Under the pieces are notes generated by a model. The model was given only the letters and a program-made list of their open reading frames with translations. It was not told the DNA's origin and did not search any database. Of a stretch of DNA of 64,000 bases, positions 1 to 12,199 are shown piece by piece. The position numbers and the translations under genes were made by a program. The stretch is from Blepharisma stoltei ATCC 30299 (Eukaryota; Protista; Ciliophora), in assembly GCA_965603825.1 (NCBI GenBank), contig CBFDEM010000029.1, positions 124,001 to 188,000 of the forward strand. The letters run 5' to 3'. How positions within the stretch are numbered: the first letter of the stretch is position 1; each line of letters begins with the position of its first letter.

Positions 1-2165
1 TTAAGCCTTGAGCTTTTCAAAGATATCGTGCTTATTTCACCTTCATTTTCAGATCATTTTGTAAAAATATCTTTAAAGTAGTTAATTGCAATTCCCGAAT
101 ATACCAGAAAGACTGGCTCATGAGGATTTTTCTTTGGGTTTATATATATTTCTAATTTCCCTGCTTTAAGTACATCAATTGCTAGCAATGCAAGCTCAGC
201 AAGCATTTTAAGGAAAGGAAAGTTAGGGTCAATATTTTTTGTTTGAAATAGCCAATCCATAAAATGATTGTTATAGTAGGACTGCAAAAAAAGTATAAAT
301 AAAAATCCGACAACAGAAATATTCCCAGAAAAATCGCTGTTTATATCTTTGATCCCAATTTCATTTCATAATCCATTATTTTTTGGCCACTCGTCTATGC
401 CTGTAATGTTCTTATAAATCTTTTGCAGCATTTTCCGATGAAATTCGACATTTAAATCAACATTTATTTTTGACCATTTTATTAAATAGTCACAAGGGCA
501 TGGCTGATCATCACATGATTTGTCATCTTTAGATGAGAAACAGCATTGGCAGATTTTATTTAAAATCCCTGGCTTTTTTTGAGGCTGATTTTGTATCTGA
601 GGCAGCGGCTGTTGTTGAAAATCCTGCAATGCTTGCATAAAAACTGTAATTTTTTCGCAATTCGATAAACTTCTGCTCCTATTTAAAAGGTCTATAAGCT
701 CGTTATGCCTGCTTGACATCAAATCGATGCCGAGTTCATTTTCTATTGAATTTCGATTTGTGTCGATTTCAAATGATCTTTGGAAATTCTTCTTGCTTCC
801 GCCGTTTGATTGCAGAGATTTATATGATGACTGCTCAGAAAATGAATCAACCATCTCTTGGCCTATAAAAACGTTGGGTTGCAAATTCTCTCTATTGCTT
901 GATAAATTCCCTCCAAAAATATTTGAGTTCATAATCCCATACACTGGGGTGTGAACTCCTGTGTGAGACCCACCACTATTAGAACCTGAGCCAATATTTT
1001 CAGGAGAAGGAGCTAAATCAGGGCCAAAAGTTTTAAAATCGTATATGTCTTTAGCTTGCTCTCTGCTGCTTACTTGCTCTTTTACATCAATTATGGGTTT
1101 TTTTGCTATCCCCTTCTGAGATAAAAATAATTTATCGTCTTCTCTATTACGCTGAAATCTAGCATGAAACGCTTTGCTTGAAGATAAAACGTCTTTTTTC
1201 TCTCCTTTATTAGAGGATTCATCTAGGTCTTCACCTGGAACCAAATGCTTTTTTGGGTTTTCTATATGAGAAATAGGCCCAGGATAATAGGCCTTTTCGT
1301 TTTCTTTAGGAAGTATAGGCTGCTTTTCTTGAATATTTGAAGCAATTTCATCTTTGCCTTCATCTATATAAACTTTAACGTCTTCCAGAAGAGTTTCAGG
1401 AATTTTTAATTTATCACTGCTTTCTTTCTTTTTGGATACATTTATTTCTTGTGGTAATTCTTCAGGTATTTCTATTTTCGGACTTCTTTTTTTGGCTGGC
1501 TCCGTGTCAAACCTACTAAATTGATTTTTTGAATTTTTTTCTCCGCTCAATTCTTTCGGGCTATTAGATATAATTTTAAAATCTGAATTTGGGTTAGTAG
1601 CAATTTTGCTCATTCCAAATTTGAATATATTTGCTTGATTCTCAGCTGAACTTTCATACAGTTTTATATTGTCTTTCTTTTCAAGTAAATTCTCTTTTTT
1701 TATGGAAAACTGATTTTTGGAGCTTGGGCTATCAAAAACTGCAGATCCTGATGAAGATGAAGATTTTTCTCTGCTTGAATCATATTTTTTCACTGAATCG
1801 CTTTTCAATGGATTTTTCTCTACTGATATTGATTTTTTAATTTTAAATGAATCAAACTTCAATTGCTTAAGCGAATTTTCAAGAGATGGAGGAGGTTGAA
1901 TGGTGCAATCGTTTTTAAGATTGCTTCCATTGTTTAATTGTCCAAGTTCAGCTTGAGAATCTGAGTAAGAACTGTCAGATGAATCTGAGCCCTCATCTCC
2001 ATTTTCTAATATTTGCTCTTTTTCTTGATTTTCTTGAATAGGCAAGGGAGCCAAAAATTTACCTTGAAAATTTGGAGAACCCATTTCAACCGAGATGCTG
2101 TCAACTGAAATTTCTGATTTTTGAACTGGCTTGGCATCCATATCTTGATTGAATGCTGGGTCCAT
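1..2165 (-). CDS. ELMO/CED-12 domain protein with long low-complexity N-terminus (3' end runs off window)
   Basis: ORFs 366-2165 and 54-287 join in frame through TGA=Trp at 366-368 and 54-56. C-terminal HRKMLQKIY...LWNEIGIKDINSDFSGNISVVGFLFILFL resembles the ELMO W..IGFQ..DP.TDFRG motif. The frame is open to position 3. Confidence 0.6.
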
Positions 2166-2319
2166 TTTTGGAATTAAATTATATCTGATCTGAGGAGATT
2201 TTAATTATTTAAATATTTTTTTGTTTTTGTATAATTTATATTAGTTTATATCAGCAATTTATACTCTATATAGATATTAAGGCTCTCAATGAAATAAAAA
2301 TAATATTACCTATTAATAT

Positions 2320-3237
2320 TTAGTTTTCTAAAATTTGAATGCTTTCATCCAATATTTCAATGTTTTCCTTTCTTCTTTGGGTATCTTTTTCAATAATTTT
2401 CTTTTGAGTTTCACACTCTGCTTGTTGAGCTTCCATTACCATTTTAAAATCTTCGTTAGCTCTAACAGCCTCCTCTTTAGCAGCTTCAGCCTGACTTAAG
2501 TCAGCTAGTAGCTTTTCAGCGTAATCTCCTTTCTGCTGCAGCTCTTCGCTTATCCTTTGTATCTCTTTTTTAATATTAATATGCCAATCTGCAAAATTTC
2601 TTGCATTTTGCAGTTCTTCATCTTCTAATTTTTTAACGTTTTCTTTAATCAAGGATTTCAAATTGTTCAACAAGTTTGGCACATCCAGAGCTGCATTTTC
2701 TGTCAGCTCTGTGAAGATATTTCCTGACTGTGGCACTAGAGAGCTGATTTTAGCAGCAATCTGCACCAATTCAGTGTTTTCGGTGTTGAAGAAGATGTTG
2801 GTGTTTTTTCTGAGGTCAGCAATTGAACTTTCTGCTTCTTTTATGTCTTTGAGATTATGCAAGAAAATAGTGGATTGGTCACACCTCAATCCAGATAACT
2901 CCTGAAGCCTTTTTTGGCTATATGAAAGGTTTTCATTGAGATAATCAATTTCACCTTTTACTGCTTCAATCTCGTCACTCAACAACTTTTGAGCATTTTG
3001 TCGATGCTCTAGAAGAGATTGAGTGCTAGCTCCTATCTTGCTGAAAGACGATAATATTTCTATACAATTTCTATTGTGACTGAATTGTTTTGAGTCATCT
3101 TCATTCTGTTCTAAGAGGAATTCTGATTTTAAATCTTGAAGCAAAGTGTGTATTGATTGAATTGATGATTGAGAATCCGGTGATTCACTTGCTGTAAGTG
3201 CGAAGATAGCGCAAGCAATAACTAATACACTGATCAT
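2320..3237 (-). CDS. Secreted coiled-coil extrusome core protein, trichocyst matrix protein / granule lattice (TMP/GRL)-like
   Basis: Signal peptide; LLQDLKSEFLLEQNEDD...C motif; acidic heptad repeats with spaced cysteines and a second helical unit, as in the ciliate TMP/GRL proproteins. Confidence 0.6.
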   Translation of the reverse strand: MISVLVIACAIFALTASESPDSQSSIQSIHTLLQDLKSEFLLEQNEDDSKQFSHNRNCIEILSSFSKIGASTQSLLEHRQNAQKLLSDEIEAVKGEIDYLNENLSYSQKRLQELSGLRCDQSTIFLHNLKDIKEAESSIADLRKNTNIFFNTENTELVQIAAKISSLVPQSGNIFTELTENAALDVPNLLNNLKSLIKENVKKLEDEELQNARNFADWHINIKKEIQRISEELQQKGDYAEKLLADLSQAEAAKEEAVRANEDFKMVMEAQQAECETQKKIIEKDTQRRKENIEILDESIQILEN

Positions 3238-3759
3238 ATTATTTAACTGTCACTTTAAATTTAAATCAAATAAGCACAAAATAAAATGGACCTTAAGGAT
3301 ATAAATCAACTAAATAATATAGCTTCTGCTAATATTTAGGCGGTTATTGGTAAAGAATGCTTTATAACTATAATCCTTTAAATCATAATTTCCATGCTCA
3401 ACCGTGTGTGAACTCTTTATCATCCCAAGCTTCATAATTTCACTGAATTTGATGCTTATATTTAGATTATGGGACATAAATTTAAAGATTATATAGTTAA
3501 AGAAAATTTGATCGTTTTAAGCATAGCATTTTCATATATTAATACTCAATCCTCAAATGCTTTCTTTTTGTAAGGCAAAAAAGCATATATAATTTATGAT
3601 TATGTGAATTCAAGCATAAAACTTCCTCAAGCTTCCAATTTGCATGATAATGCAAAATAACTGCTTAAAAGCTGTTTTTTTAGTTTTTTATGATAGTATC
3701 ATTCAATGTCTACATTTGTTCATAAAGTACTGTAAATTCAGATATTTTATAAATATAAA

Positions 3760-4689
3760 ATGTCGCAGGGATGCCCAAATGAATTATGCATGTTTCAAGG
3801 TCTAGTGGTAACTCGAGCTAGTGAAGGTACAATTGTATGCACAGGATGTGGTCTCGTGTTGGAAAACCGAATAATTGACGAAACTTCAGAATACAGGCAT
3901 TTCTCAAAAGACGTTAGCGGAATTGGTTTGAATGACCAATCCAGGTCAGGACAAGCTAATGATCGATTTTATTCTGACTGCGGTCTGGGCACAGTAATCT
4001 CTGAAACTAATCCTAACGGAGCTTCTCTCTCAGCTTATAATCGGCGAAATCTTCAGTCAGGTCATGATAAGACCCTTGCTAAAGGATCTCACAGCATTGA
4101 TGAATTATGCCGAAATCTCATGTTAAACGATACCGTTGGCACTGAAGCCAAAAGAATCTTCAAAAGCATTGGCGAGCAGAGAGGGCTGAAAGGAAGACCT
4201 CACATGGCAATTGTTTCTGCTTGTGTATTTATTGCAAGTCGTCGAAGCAGCCCTAGGTCTATAAGAGAAATTGCTGCTATAACTGGAGTTGATAAGAAAG
4301 ACATTCTCAGATGCTACTCTATGGCTAAGAAAATAGATCCTGGAATGACTGCAAATAGAACTGCAGTTGAATATGCTTCAAGGTACTCAAATGAATTAGC
4401 ATTTACCCCTATCCAGGTAAGATCTGCAAGACAAATAGCTGAGAGGGCTATAGAATTGGGTATCTTAACTGGTAAAAATCCTTTGAGTATTGCAAGCGCA
4501 ACTGTGTATATTGTGGGCAAACTTTATGGTAATGATAAAACTTTTAGCGAGATCAGTAATGTTTCTACAATGAAAGATATCACTATTAAAAATTGCTATA
4601 AAGCTATGCAGCAAAGAAAGAGTGAGCTATTGAAAGGCTTAGATCTTTCACTTGATCCGAGTAAATTGCTACCTTTGTCAAGTCAGTAA
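3760..4689 (+). CDS. TFIIB: Transcription initiation factor IIB
   Basis: N-terminal Zn ribbon (CPNELC...CTGCGLV), B-reader IDETSEYRHF, two cyclin folds (GRPHMAIVSAC, GKNPLSIASA). Confidence 0.95.
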   Translation: MSQGCPNELCMFQGLVVTRASEGTIVCTGCGLVLENRIIDETSEYRHFSKDVSGIGLNDQSRSGQANDRFYSDCGLGTVISETNPNGASLSAYNRRNLQSGHDKTLAKGSHSIDELCRNLMLNDTVGTEAKRIFKSIGEQRGLKGRPHMAIVSACVFIASRRSSPRSIREIAAITGVDKKDILRCYSMAKKIDPGMTANRTAVEYASRYSNELAFTPIQVRSARQIAERAIELGILTGKNPLSIASATVYIVGKLYGNDKTFSEISNVSTMKDITIKNCYKAMQQRKSELLKGLDLSLDPSKLLPLSSQ

Positions 4690-5207
4690 AGTATTGAGCT
4701 ATTATTATTATTATTGTGTAAATATAAATAGCAAGTGGTAAACTTAAAGCTAATAAGAATTCCCTTTGAGTAGTCTAAATTTAAAACTTTTCTGGTGTTC
4801 TGAAAAACTAAAAATATTGCTATAAATGTTTTATTTTTGCGAATATATTTTCTGATACACTTCAAAAAGAATAGATCATTGTATCCTAGGTGTTTGTCAC
4901 TCCAGTTTGTCGATTTTGAAAAAAATTTTAAGTTCTAATTTTAAAATGCCACTTATTTCGTCCATTTTAGCAAACGATAATTTAAAATTTAATCCTCTTA
5001 TAAATATATAATAATATTTTATTAAATAAATGTCTCTTTATAGGGTTTACTCACTTAGATCATCTATTAATCTTTTTTATTGCTATAATTTTGATGTTTT
5101 ATTTTATAATCATCACAACCAGCTTGTTTTTTTTCTTCTACTAATCTCTAATTGATTGATTAAAAAAAATATCAGCAAACTTTCGCATTTTATAAATCAA
5201 AAAATAA

Positions 5208-7898
5208 ATGGGTAACGCCTGCAATGGATGCTTCCAAAAAGAAATAATAAGTGACGGAAATAATACAGGACAGCCTTCCTCGAAACCTATAATTAACTTT
5301 GAAGAAATCGAAGAAACAAAGTCACCAAAAGGGGCAGGCAGAAAATCAAAGCCAAAAATTGCGGCAGTAACTTGGCAAAAAGTAAAAGAAGTCAATGAAG
5401 CAGTCACAGCCGTCATCTCAGCACGGCCGAAATCATCAGAAGACATCAATATGATTCTAAATGCACTAAATAGTCATTTTATTTTGAGGAATTTGGATGA
5501 AGACAGCCAACGGCATATTATTGATCAAATGAAACACTTCTCAGTAAATTCAGGAGAAATCATCACTCAGCAAGGATTCCCTGGGAAATATTTCTTTGTT
5601 TTAGCTACAGGTCGGCTTGAAGTAATTGTTAATGGAATCAGGCAAAACGTCCTAAAGCCAGGGACTGGCTTCGGAGAGCTAGCTTTATTGGACGACAAAC
5701 CTAGAACAGCTACAGTTAAATCTGCTCAGAAATCAACATTATGAGGGGTTGACAGACTAACCTTTAAACAAGCAGTAGAAGCTGTCAATAGAATGAATTA
5801 TGAGGAAAACAAATTGTTTATAAATAGTGTCCCAATTTTCGAAATTCTTACTTCTCAACAAAAAGAAGCCCTCCTCGCATCTATAACAACTCAAAAATGG
5901 GACAACAGACAAGCCATTGTCAAAGAAGGCGAAGTAGGAGATTTATTTTATATTATAAAAGAAGGCGTAGTTTTATGCACCAAAGAAGGTGTCGAAATAA
6001 GACAAATGATAAAAGGCGATTTCTTTGGAGAGCAAGCTCTTCTTTACAATTCTAAAAGAACAGCTACAATTACTTGTGTAGGAGCTGTCAAAGTTTTGTG
6101 TATAGGTAGAGGGAGTTTGCTTGAAGCTCTAGGAGAAAATCTGCAACAAGTTATATATAGGAATATTCAAAAGAAAGCAATAGAAAAAAGTGAACCTCTA
6201 AAAAACCTCACAAAAGAGCAGTCACAGAAAATGATGGATGCCATGAAAATCGCAAAATTCAGCTCTGGAGAAGTAGTGGTTTCAAAAAACTCGTTACAAG
6301 GATCTAAGCTGTGTATCATTATGAAGGGCAGAGTTAGAGGCCCGCTAGGAGTTTATGAAACTTTTTCATGCATTGGAGACGACAAGATTAGCCAAACTTC
6401 TGAACAAAATAATCCAGAAAATTATATAGCTGAGACTGATGCTGATATTGCTCAGATATCGAAAGAAGAGTTTGAACGATGCTTAGGAGTGGGAGGCATT
6501 GCCCCTGCTACAAATAATAATGCAGCCTTGGCTGTTTTAAAGCAGGTCCAGCTGCTTCGAAATCTGCCGAAAGATAGACTAAAAGCTTTACTCCAGGTTT
6601 TAAGGACTGTAGATTTCAGAGATCGAGAAGCAATTGTTCAGGAGAATGAAACAGGAGATACATTGTATATAGTAAAAACAGGGAAAGTGAGCATTTTTAA
6701 AGATAACACAAATGTAAGAACTCTAACAATGCATGATTATTTTGGGGAAAGATCAATTTTGTTTAATGAAAGACGAAGCGCTACAGTTGTGGCTGAAGGA
6801 AATGTTACTTGTTGGACGTTAGAAAAAAATGATTTTGAAAGTATTATTGATTTCAGCATGAGGACTCAGCTGCTTAAAAGAATTGAATTGCAAGACAACA
6901 CAATTATGCTTGACCAACTTGTGATGATAAAGCCACTTGGAAAAGGGATGTTTGGCAATGTATATCTGATGACTCATAAAGAAAAAGGCGCATTTTATGC
7001 TATGAAAACTGTACCTCGAAGTAAAATTGTAGCCTATAATATACATGAAAGTCTAGTACTTGAGAGGAAAATTCTTTTGCAATTAGACCATACGATGATA
7101 GTAAAGCTTGTAAAAACCTTTAAAGACAGCAAAAGGATTTATTTTCTCATGGAATATGTAAGAGGAATCGATTTATTTGATGTCCTTAGACAACTCGGTC
7201 TTTTAAAAGAAGATGATGCAAGGTTTTATACAGCTTGTCTAGTGGTTATCCTTGAGTACTTGCATAAGAGAGATATCATATACAGGGATTTAAAGCCTGA
7301 AAATATCATGATTGACGAAGAAGGGTACCCAAAGCTCATTGACTTTGGCATAGCAAAAATCGTAAATGGGAGATCTTATACCACTGTAGGGACTCCTCAT
7401 TATATGGCCCCAGAAGTGATTATGGGGAACGGATATAACTCAGCAGTAGACTGGTGGAGCTTAGGGATCATGATTTATGAGTTTGTGTTTGGAACTGTCC
7501 CATTTGGCGAAAATGAAGAAGATACATATAAAGTTTACGAAAGAGTGATTGAGCACAATTTAATTTTTCCGACAAATATAAAGCACACAACACATTTAAA
7601 GTCAATTATTACACAACTTTTAAGTGTCAAAGGAGCGTCAAGAACTGGCGGAAGCATTTCTAAGCTTAAAAAACACAAATTTTTAGCTGGGTTTAAGTGG
7701 GAAGTAATGTTTTCGAGAGGAATTTCCCCTCCATATGTCCCGAAGCTTCGATCTTTGACATCTGAAGCTGCGAAAGCATTTAAATCGAAAAAGAACTTTT
7801 TAGATACTATACTGCGAGACGAAATTTCAGTCGAGACTCCAATCCATGCAGGCAAATCAAAATCCTCAGTTCCTATGAACTGGGATATCGAGTTTTAA
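5208..7898 (+). CDS. PKG: cGMP-dependent protein kinase, alveolate type (896 aa)
   Basis: ORFs 5208-5744 and 5793-7898 are in frame via TGA 5742-5744 (STL-W-GVDR, conserved cNMP Trp). Three clear cNMP sites (FGELAL, FGEQAL, FGERSI) plus one degenerate; kinase motifs GKGMFG, YRDLKPEN, DFG, GTPHYMAPE; C-terminal WDIEF. Confidence 0.93.
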
Positions 7899-7916
7899 TA
7901 AATTATATATTTTAAT

Positions 7917-9041
7917 ATGACCGATTACATAACTAGAATATCTCGTTCAGGCCAGAACAACCCTTTTCTAACTCCAGACATTGATGAAAAAGAAGAGCTG
8001 TTAGAAATCAAGCAATACGACACAGAAAAAGAAAACATTGATAGGCAGATTTTAGAGCAGCAAGCATTAAATAAACAAATAAAAGAACATATAGAAACCA
8101 TTAAGGAAGACATAAAAAAGTTAAACGAGACTTGTGAGTCCTATGACTTCAAAAAAGATGACCAAGAAATAGAAGACCTAAAAAGAGAAATCGAACAGCT
8201 GAAAGAAAAAGATGCATTTTTAACCCAAGAATTAGAAAAGAAAGAAGAAATTTTGAAGCAAAAGCATTTAGAGGAAGAAAGAAACCAAGAAGAAACCCAT
8301 GAACTAATTAGAATTATCGAAGAAAAAAAAATAAAGCTTCAGCAATTAGAAGAAGAAGTCAAAATGAATAATTATTTTTTGGAAAAAGATTTGGAAACCA
8401 TCAGTATCAAAGAAAAAGAAGCCAAGCATCTATCTGAGATGCTAGAAGCCCAAGAAGCAGTCCTAAAGCAGCAAGAAGCAGAGTATGAGCAAGAAATGAA
8501 AATTGTGAGAGACAAGCAAAATGAAATGAACCAGCTCGCTGAAGAGAAAGAGCTGAAGCTAAAAGAACTTGAAGCACTGATAGATTTGGAGAGAAAAGAA
8601 AGAGAAAGATACCAAGAAATCAGCAGGCTGTTAGCACAAAAAGAAGAAGAAACACAAATTAAGAAGCAAACTTTGCGGAAAAAAAGACCAGAGGTAGAGG
8701 ATTTTGTAACAAAGCCAGAAACCCCAACCCTAGAAGATATAGAAAGTGAAGAGTCCCCTAATGAGCCTTATCGATCAAGAAATAAAAGATCTTTTATGTC
8801 TTTAAGCCCAAGCTCCGACCATGTAAATGATTATGAGTCTAGGAAGAATTACTATAAGCAAAAAATTAGGTCAGCTCAATCTGTGAAGAGTGAATTTGAA
8901 CTTAAACAGTCAGAAATAATTGGAAATAATATTTCATCAAAGGCACGAGCTATGAATTCACAGTTAAGAGGATTTTTCGTATGCTTAGTTGGGTTTCTAG
9001 TAGGAATTTTGGCTTATAAATTTTACTTCCGTGTTCTCTAA
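7917..9041 (+). CDS. Coiled-coil protein with C-terminal TM helix (tail-anchored, golgin-like architecture)
   Basis: E/K/Q-rich heptads; terminal GFFVCLVGFLVGILAYKFY. Confidence 0.75.
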   Translation: MTDYITRISRSGQNNPFLTPDIDEKEELLEIKQYDTEKENIDRQILEQQALNKQIKEHIETIKEDIKKLNETCESYDFKKDDQEIEDLKREIEQLKEKDAFLTQELEKKEEILKQKHLEEERNQEETHELIRIIEEKKIKLQQLEEEVKMNNYFLEKDLETISIKEKEAKHLSEMLEAQEAVLKQQEAEYEQEMKIVRDKQNEMNQLAEEKELKLKELEALIDLERKERERYQEISRLLAQKEEETQIKKQTLRKKRPEVEDFVTKPETPTLEDIESEESPNEPYRSRNKRSFMSLSPSSDHVNDYESRKNYYKQKIRSAQSVKSEFELKQSEIIGNNISSKARAMNSQLRGFFVCLVGFLVGILAYKFYFRVL

Positions 9042-9063
9042 TATTTCATTTTAATAAAAATCA

Positions 9064-9756
9064 ATGCAACTTAAATTCAGTCCAGGGTCTGTCCAACACA
9101 AGCCAGTCCTAACAGAGCTTACTGCTCAAAAATCTCTAATAGAAAACCTTGTGCAAGACAACAAAATGCTCCACGAAGACATCGGAGATTTCAAAGCTGT
9201 GCTTGAAATCCTTATTACTAAATACAACGAAATGAAAAGAGATCTTGAAGTAGAAAAACTAAAAAATACCAGAATCGACTTACTTGAGCAGCAGCTTGCC
9301 AAAGAAAAAACCCGAAAACAAAATCTATTACAAACACATCTCAGATTAAAAGAAAGATATATGGGACTATTAGATGTGATGAGAGAAGCCGCTTTTGATA
9401 TAAAAGACGAAGACAAAGAAGATATTTCTTTATTTGAGCAGCTGAACCGAGAAAACCATAAATTGAAAGAAATGCTGGGACTTTTAAAAATATCTGACCC
9501 AAAGGTACAAGAAATTGAAAAAGCGCTAAGAGGGGAAGACGTCACAGACCAAGTTAATATAGAAGAATATAAAGAAACATTGAGAAGCTACAGGAAAAAG
9601 AAAAACGAGCAGAAAAGATCAAAATCCTTTGGAATTGTAGGGAGAAAAAATTACCTCTTGATGTCGCCCCAAGAAAAGACTGAATCTTCAAATATTTGGG
9701 ACTCTTTCTTCAATAAGCAAGAAAAAGAGACTGTAAAATGTTTTGGAAAAAGATAA
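9064..9756 (+). CDS. SIKE/FGFR1OP2-family coiled-coil protein
   Basis: LVQDNKMLHEDIGDFKAVLEILITKY and QLNRENHKLKEML resemble the SIKE-family motifs LQQENxELxxSLEEHQxALELIMSKY and QLELENKELRELL. Confidence 0.65.
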   Translation: MQLKFSPGSVQHKPVLTELTAQKSLIENLVQDNKMLHEDIGDFKAVLEILITKYNEMKRDLEVEKLKNTRIDLLEQQLAKEKTRKQNLLQTHLRLKERYMGLLDVMREAAFDIKDEDKEDISLFEQLNRENHKLKEMLGLLKISDPKVQEIEKALRGEDVTDQVNIEEYKETLRSYRKKKNEQKRSKSFGIVGRKNYLLMSPQEKTESSNIWDSFFNKQEKETVKCFGKR

Positions 9757-9782
9757 TTTATTAGCTAAATAATTTTCTAAAT

Positions 9783-11918
9783 ATGAATTCCAGCATCGAG
9801 CATGTATGGGGCTGGGGCCACCTGCATGGTGACGTAATCGCACAAATCCCTATCAGAATCAACACTTCTCTAATCCCTTCAGGAATTTTCATAGAAAAAG
9901 ACCATTCTGTAATGTGGACTTCAAAAGCAGTTTATGCTTGGGGAAAGCCCTCAGTAGATATCTCAAATCAATTATTATTGCAAGACGAAGATGTCCAACC
10001 GAAACAAGTTTTGATACACAACAAAAATACAGTGATTTTAAAGTCGCCAGGCGGGCTTGGAGTGTTTAGTCATGATAACGAAGGATTGAAGAAAAATTTT
10101 GAAATTGTCTTGGCTCATAAAGTCAGGGCAATTGATCACACTAGGCACAGCTTGATTGCTTTGGATAGTCATGGCAAAGTTTACAACATTGCCGGCGATC
10201 TTGTAAAACAGAAAATCAGAGAATTAAATAATTTAAAAGAAATAAAGCAAATTGCGTGTGGATATAATCACAGCTTAGCACTTGATACTTATGGGGATGT
10301 TTATTCCTGGGGATCTGCGTCCGATGGGAGGCTTGGAAATGGAAGGTCTGGGTACTGTGAAGAGCCTGTAAAGATTGAAAATTTATCAGAATCTATTGTA
10401 ATTGTGGCCTGTGGATATCTCCATTCTGTTTTAGTTTCAGTTTCGGGTGCGTTGTATACTTTTGGGTTTAATGGATACGGCCAGCTTGGATTAGGGACTA
10501 CATCTAATGCAGTAATTCCAACTTTATGCTTATCATTGTCAAATAATGCAGTTATAAAAGCAGCGTGTGGTGCTTTTCACACATTTGTTCTATGTGATGA
10601 TGGGATGATGCATTGTATGGGCTTAGGAACGAGAGGGCAATTGGGGAACGGATCATGTGTAAATTCATTAGTCCCAGAACCTATTAGTTTACATTTAATA
10701 GATTCTTTTGATCAAGCAAACCTTATATGTGGCTCCGACTCTACATATATAATTATTCGAGGGAGGTATGAAAATAACAGTTATTCTTTTAGCTTTATAA
10801 GCACCAGTGAAAGCTCTGATAGGCTTGAAGGCTTGTATCTAGATACAGAAACCTCCTTTAGGCCGACAAATCTTCCACCAAAAGATCCATATGAGCTAGC
10901 CTTACAGAAAAAACTTATTGCAGAACAAGCTAGGATTTATCTGCAAAGAGTCAAAGAAAAAGAAAGAAAAAATAGGCTTAAAGTAGAACAGCAGCTCAGA
11001 AGGGAAGCCAAAATACAGAAAAGAATGAGAAAATGAGAAAATGACATTTTGCCTTTCTGAGACAGAATGAGGAGGACTAGCAAAGTAGAAAAATTATGCA
11101 TGAAAGGAATTCCACCAAAGGTGCGAGGCGAAGTATGAGCTAGACTGCTCCCAAATCCTTTAGGGATTTCTCAAAGCTACTTCAAGATAAATGTAGATAA
11201 AGCGATAAAATTTCAAGAAACAATGAGAGAGGAGCATGAATTTGTAGGAAAAGAAAAATCATTAATGTTGATAAGTCTAGATGTAACACGAACATTTAGC
11301 CAGCTTGGGTATTTTTGTGATGGGAGCCCATTAAGCAAGGAACTCAACAACTTATTAGGAGCCTTTACATTATGTAGGCCTGATATTGGCTATGTTCAAG
11401 GTATGAGCTATGTGGCAGGTCTCCTATTGTTAAATCTTGAAGTGTACCGAGCCTTTGTTGTTTTCAACAGCCTTGTGGCGTCTCCAGTTTTGAATCCATT
11501 TTACAGACTTGATGAGCCCGAAATCCAAACACGGGTTCAAATATTCCGATCAATCTTTAGGCATAATCTTGCAGAGCTATTTGACCATTTTGAGTCAGAA
11601 GGAGTTCAAACTTATTCGTTTATTCCTGAATGGTTTATAACAATTTATGCAAAAGTCCTTAATAACGAAATCGCTTGCAGGATATGGGACTGGTATTTTT
11701 ATAAAGGCACAGTTGTTTTATTTAAAACTGGCGTTGCTGTATTAAAAATTGTAAGCTCGCTATTATTGAAAGAAGATATAAGCGGCATAATGGAGATTTT
11801 AACCAATATTGGACAATATGTAAATCAAGACGATTCAATTATTAAAGAAATTGAAGGAATTGAAATTGTTGGGGAAATTGGAGTTGAACTTGAGCAGCTG
11901 GAAATTGAAAACTTATAA
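9783..11918 (+). CDS. RCC1-repeat plus TBC (Rab-GAP, TBC1D12/14-like) fusion protein (711 aa)
   Basis: RCC1 repeats (IACGYNHSLAL, GQLGLG). In-frame TGAs at 11034, 11058 and 11136 give W-ENDILPF-W and GIPPKVRGEV-W. R-finger ISLDVTRTF and Q-finger YVQGMSY are intact. Confidence 0.88.
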
Positions 11919-12005
11919 GAGTTATTGCTATATAGATTAGATAGCCAATTAAGAAATAATTTTGTTGATTAATATTATTAATTAATCGAATAAACTTTTG
12001 AAATA

Positions 12006-12068
12006 ATGATTTCGAAATTTATGTGATTTTAATTTCGAAATTTTATATGATTTTAGTTTTGAAATGAT
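12006..12068. repeat. Short imperfect tandem repeat (~24 bp, TTTCGAAATTT..TGATTTT) in intergenic DNA
   Basis: Two to three degenerate copies visible, each with a palindromic TTTCGAAA-like core. Confidence 0.4.
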
Positions 12069-12199
12069 TAGATTTAAGCTGATAGTCTCAAGCAAAGCAT
12101 TGGTAATCCATCAAGCAAGAAGAATTGTGCTTCTTAGAGAAAATATATAATGGGTACTTCTTATGAATTAATTCAAATTGTATCTAATTTAAATTGTAA

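Noticed and set aside
9783-11036. RCC1 protein as the Paramecium Nd6 exocytosis factor
   Set aside because: The frame continues into a TBC domain; nothing specific to Nd6 was recognised.
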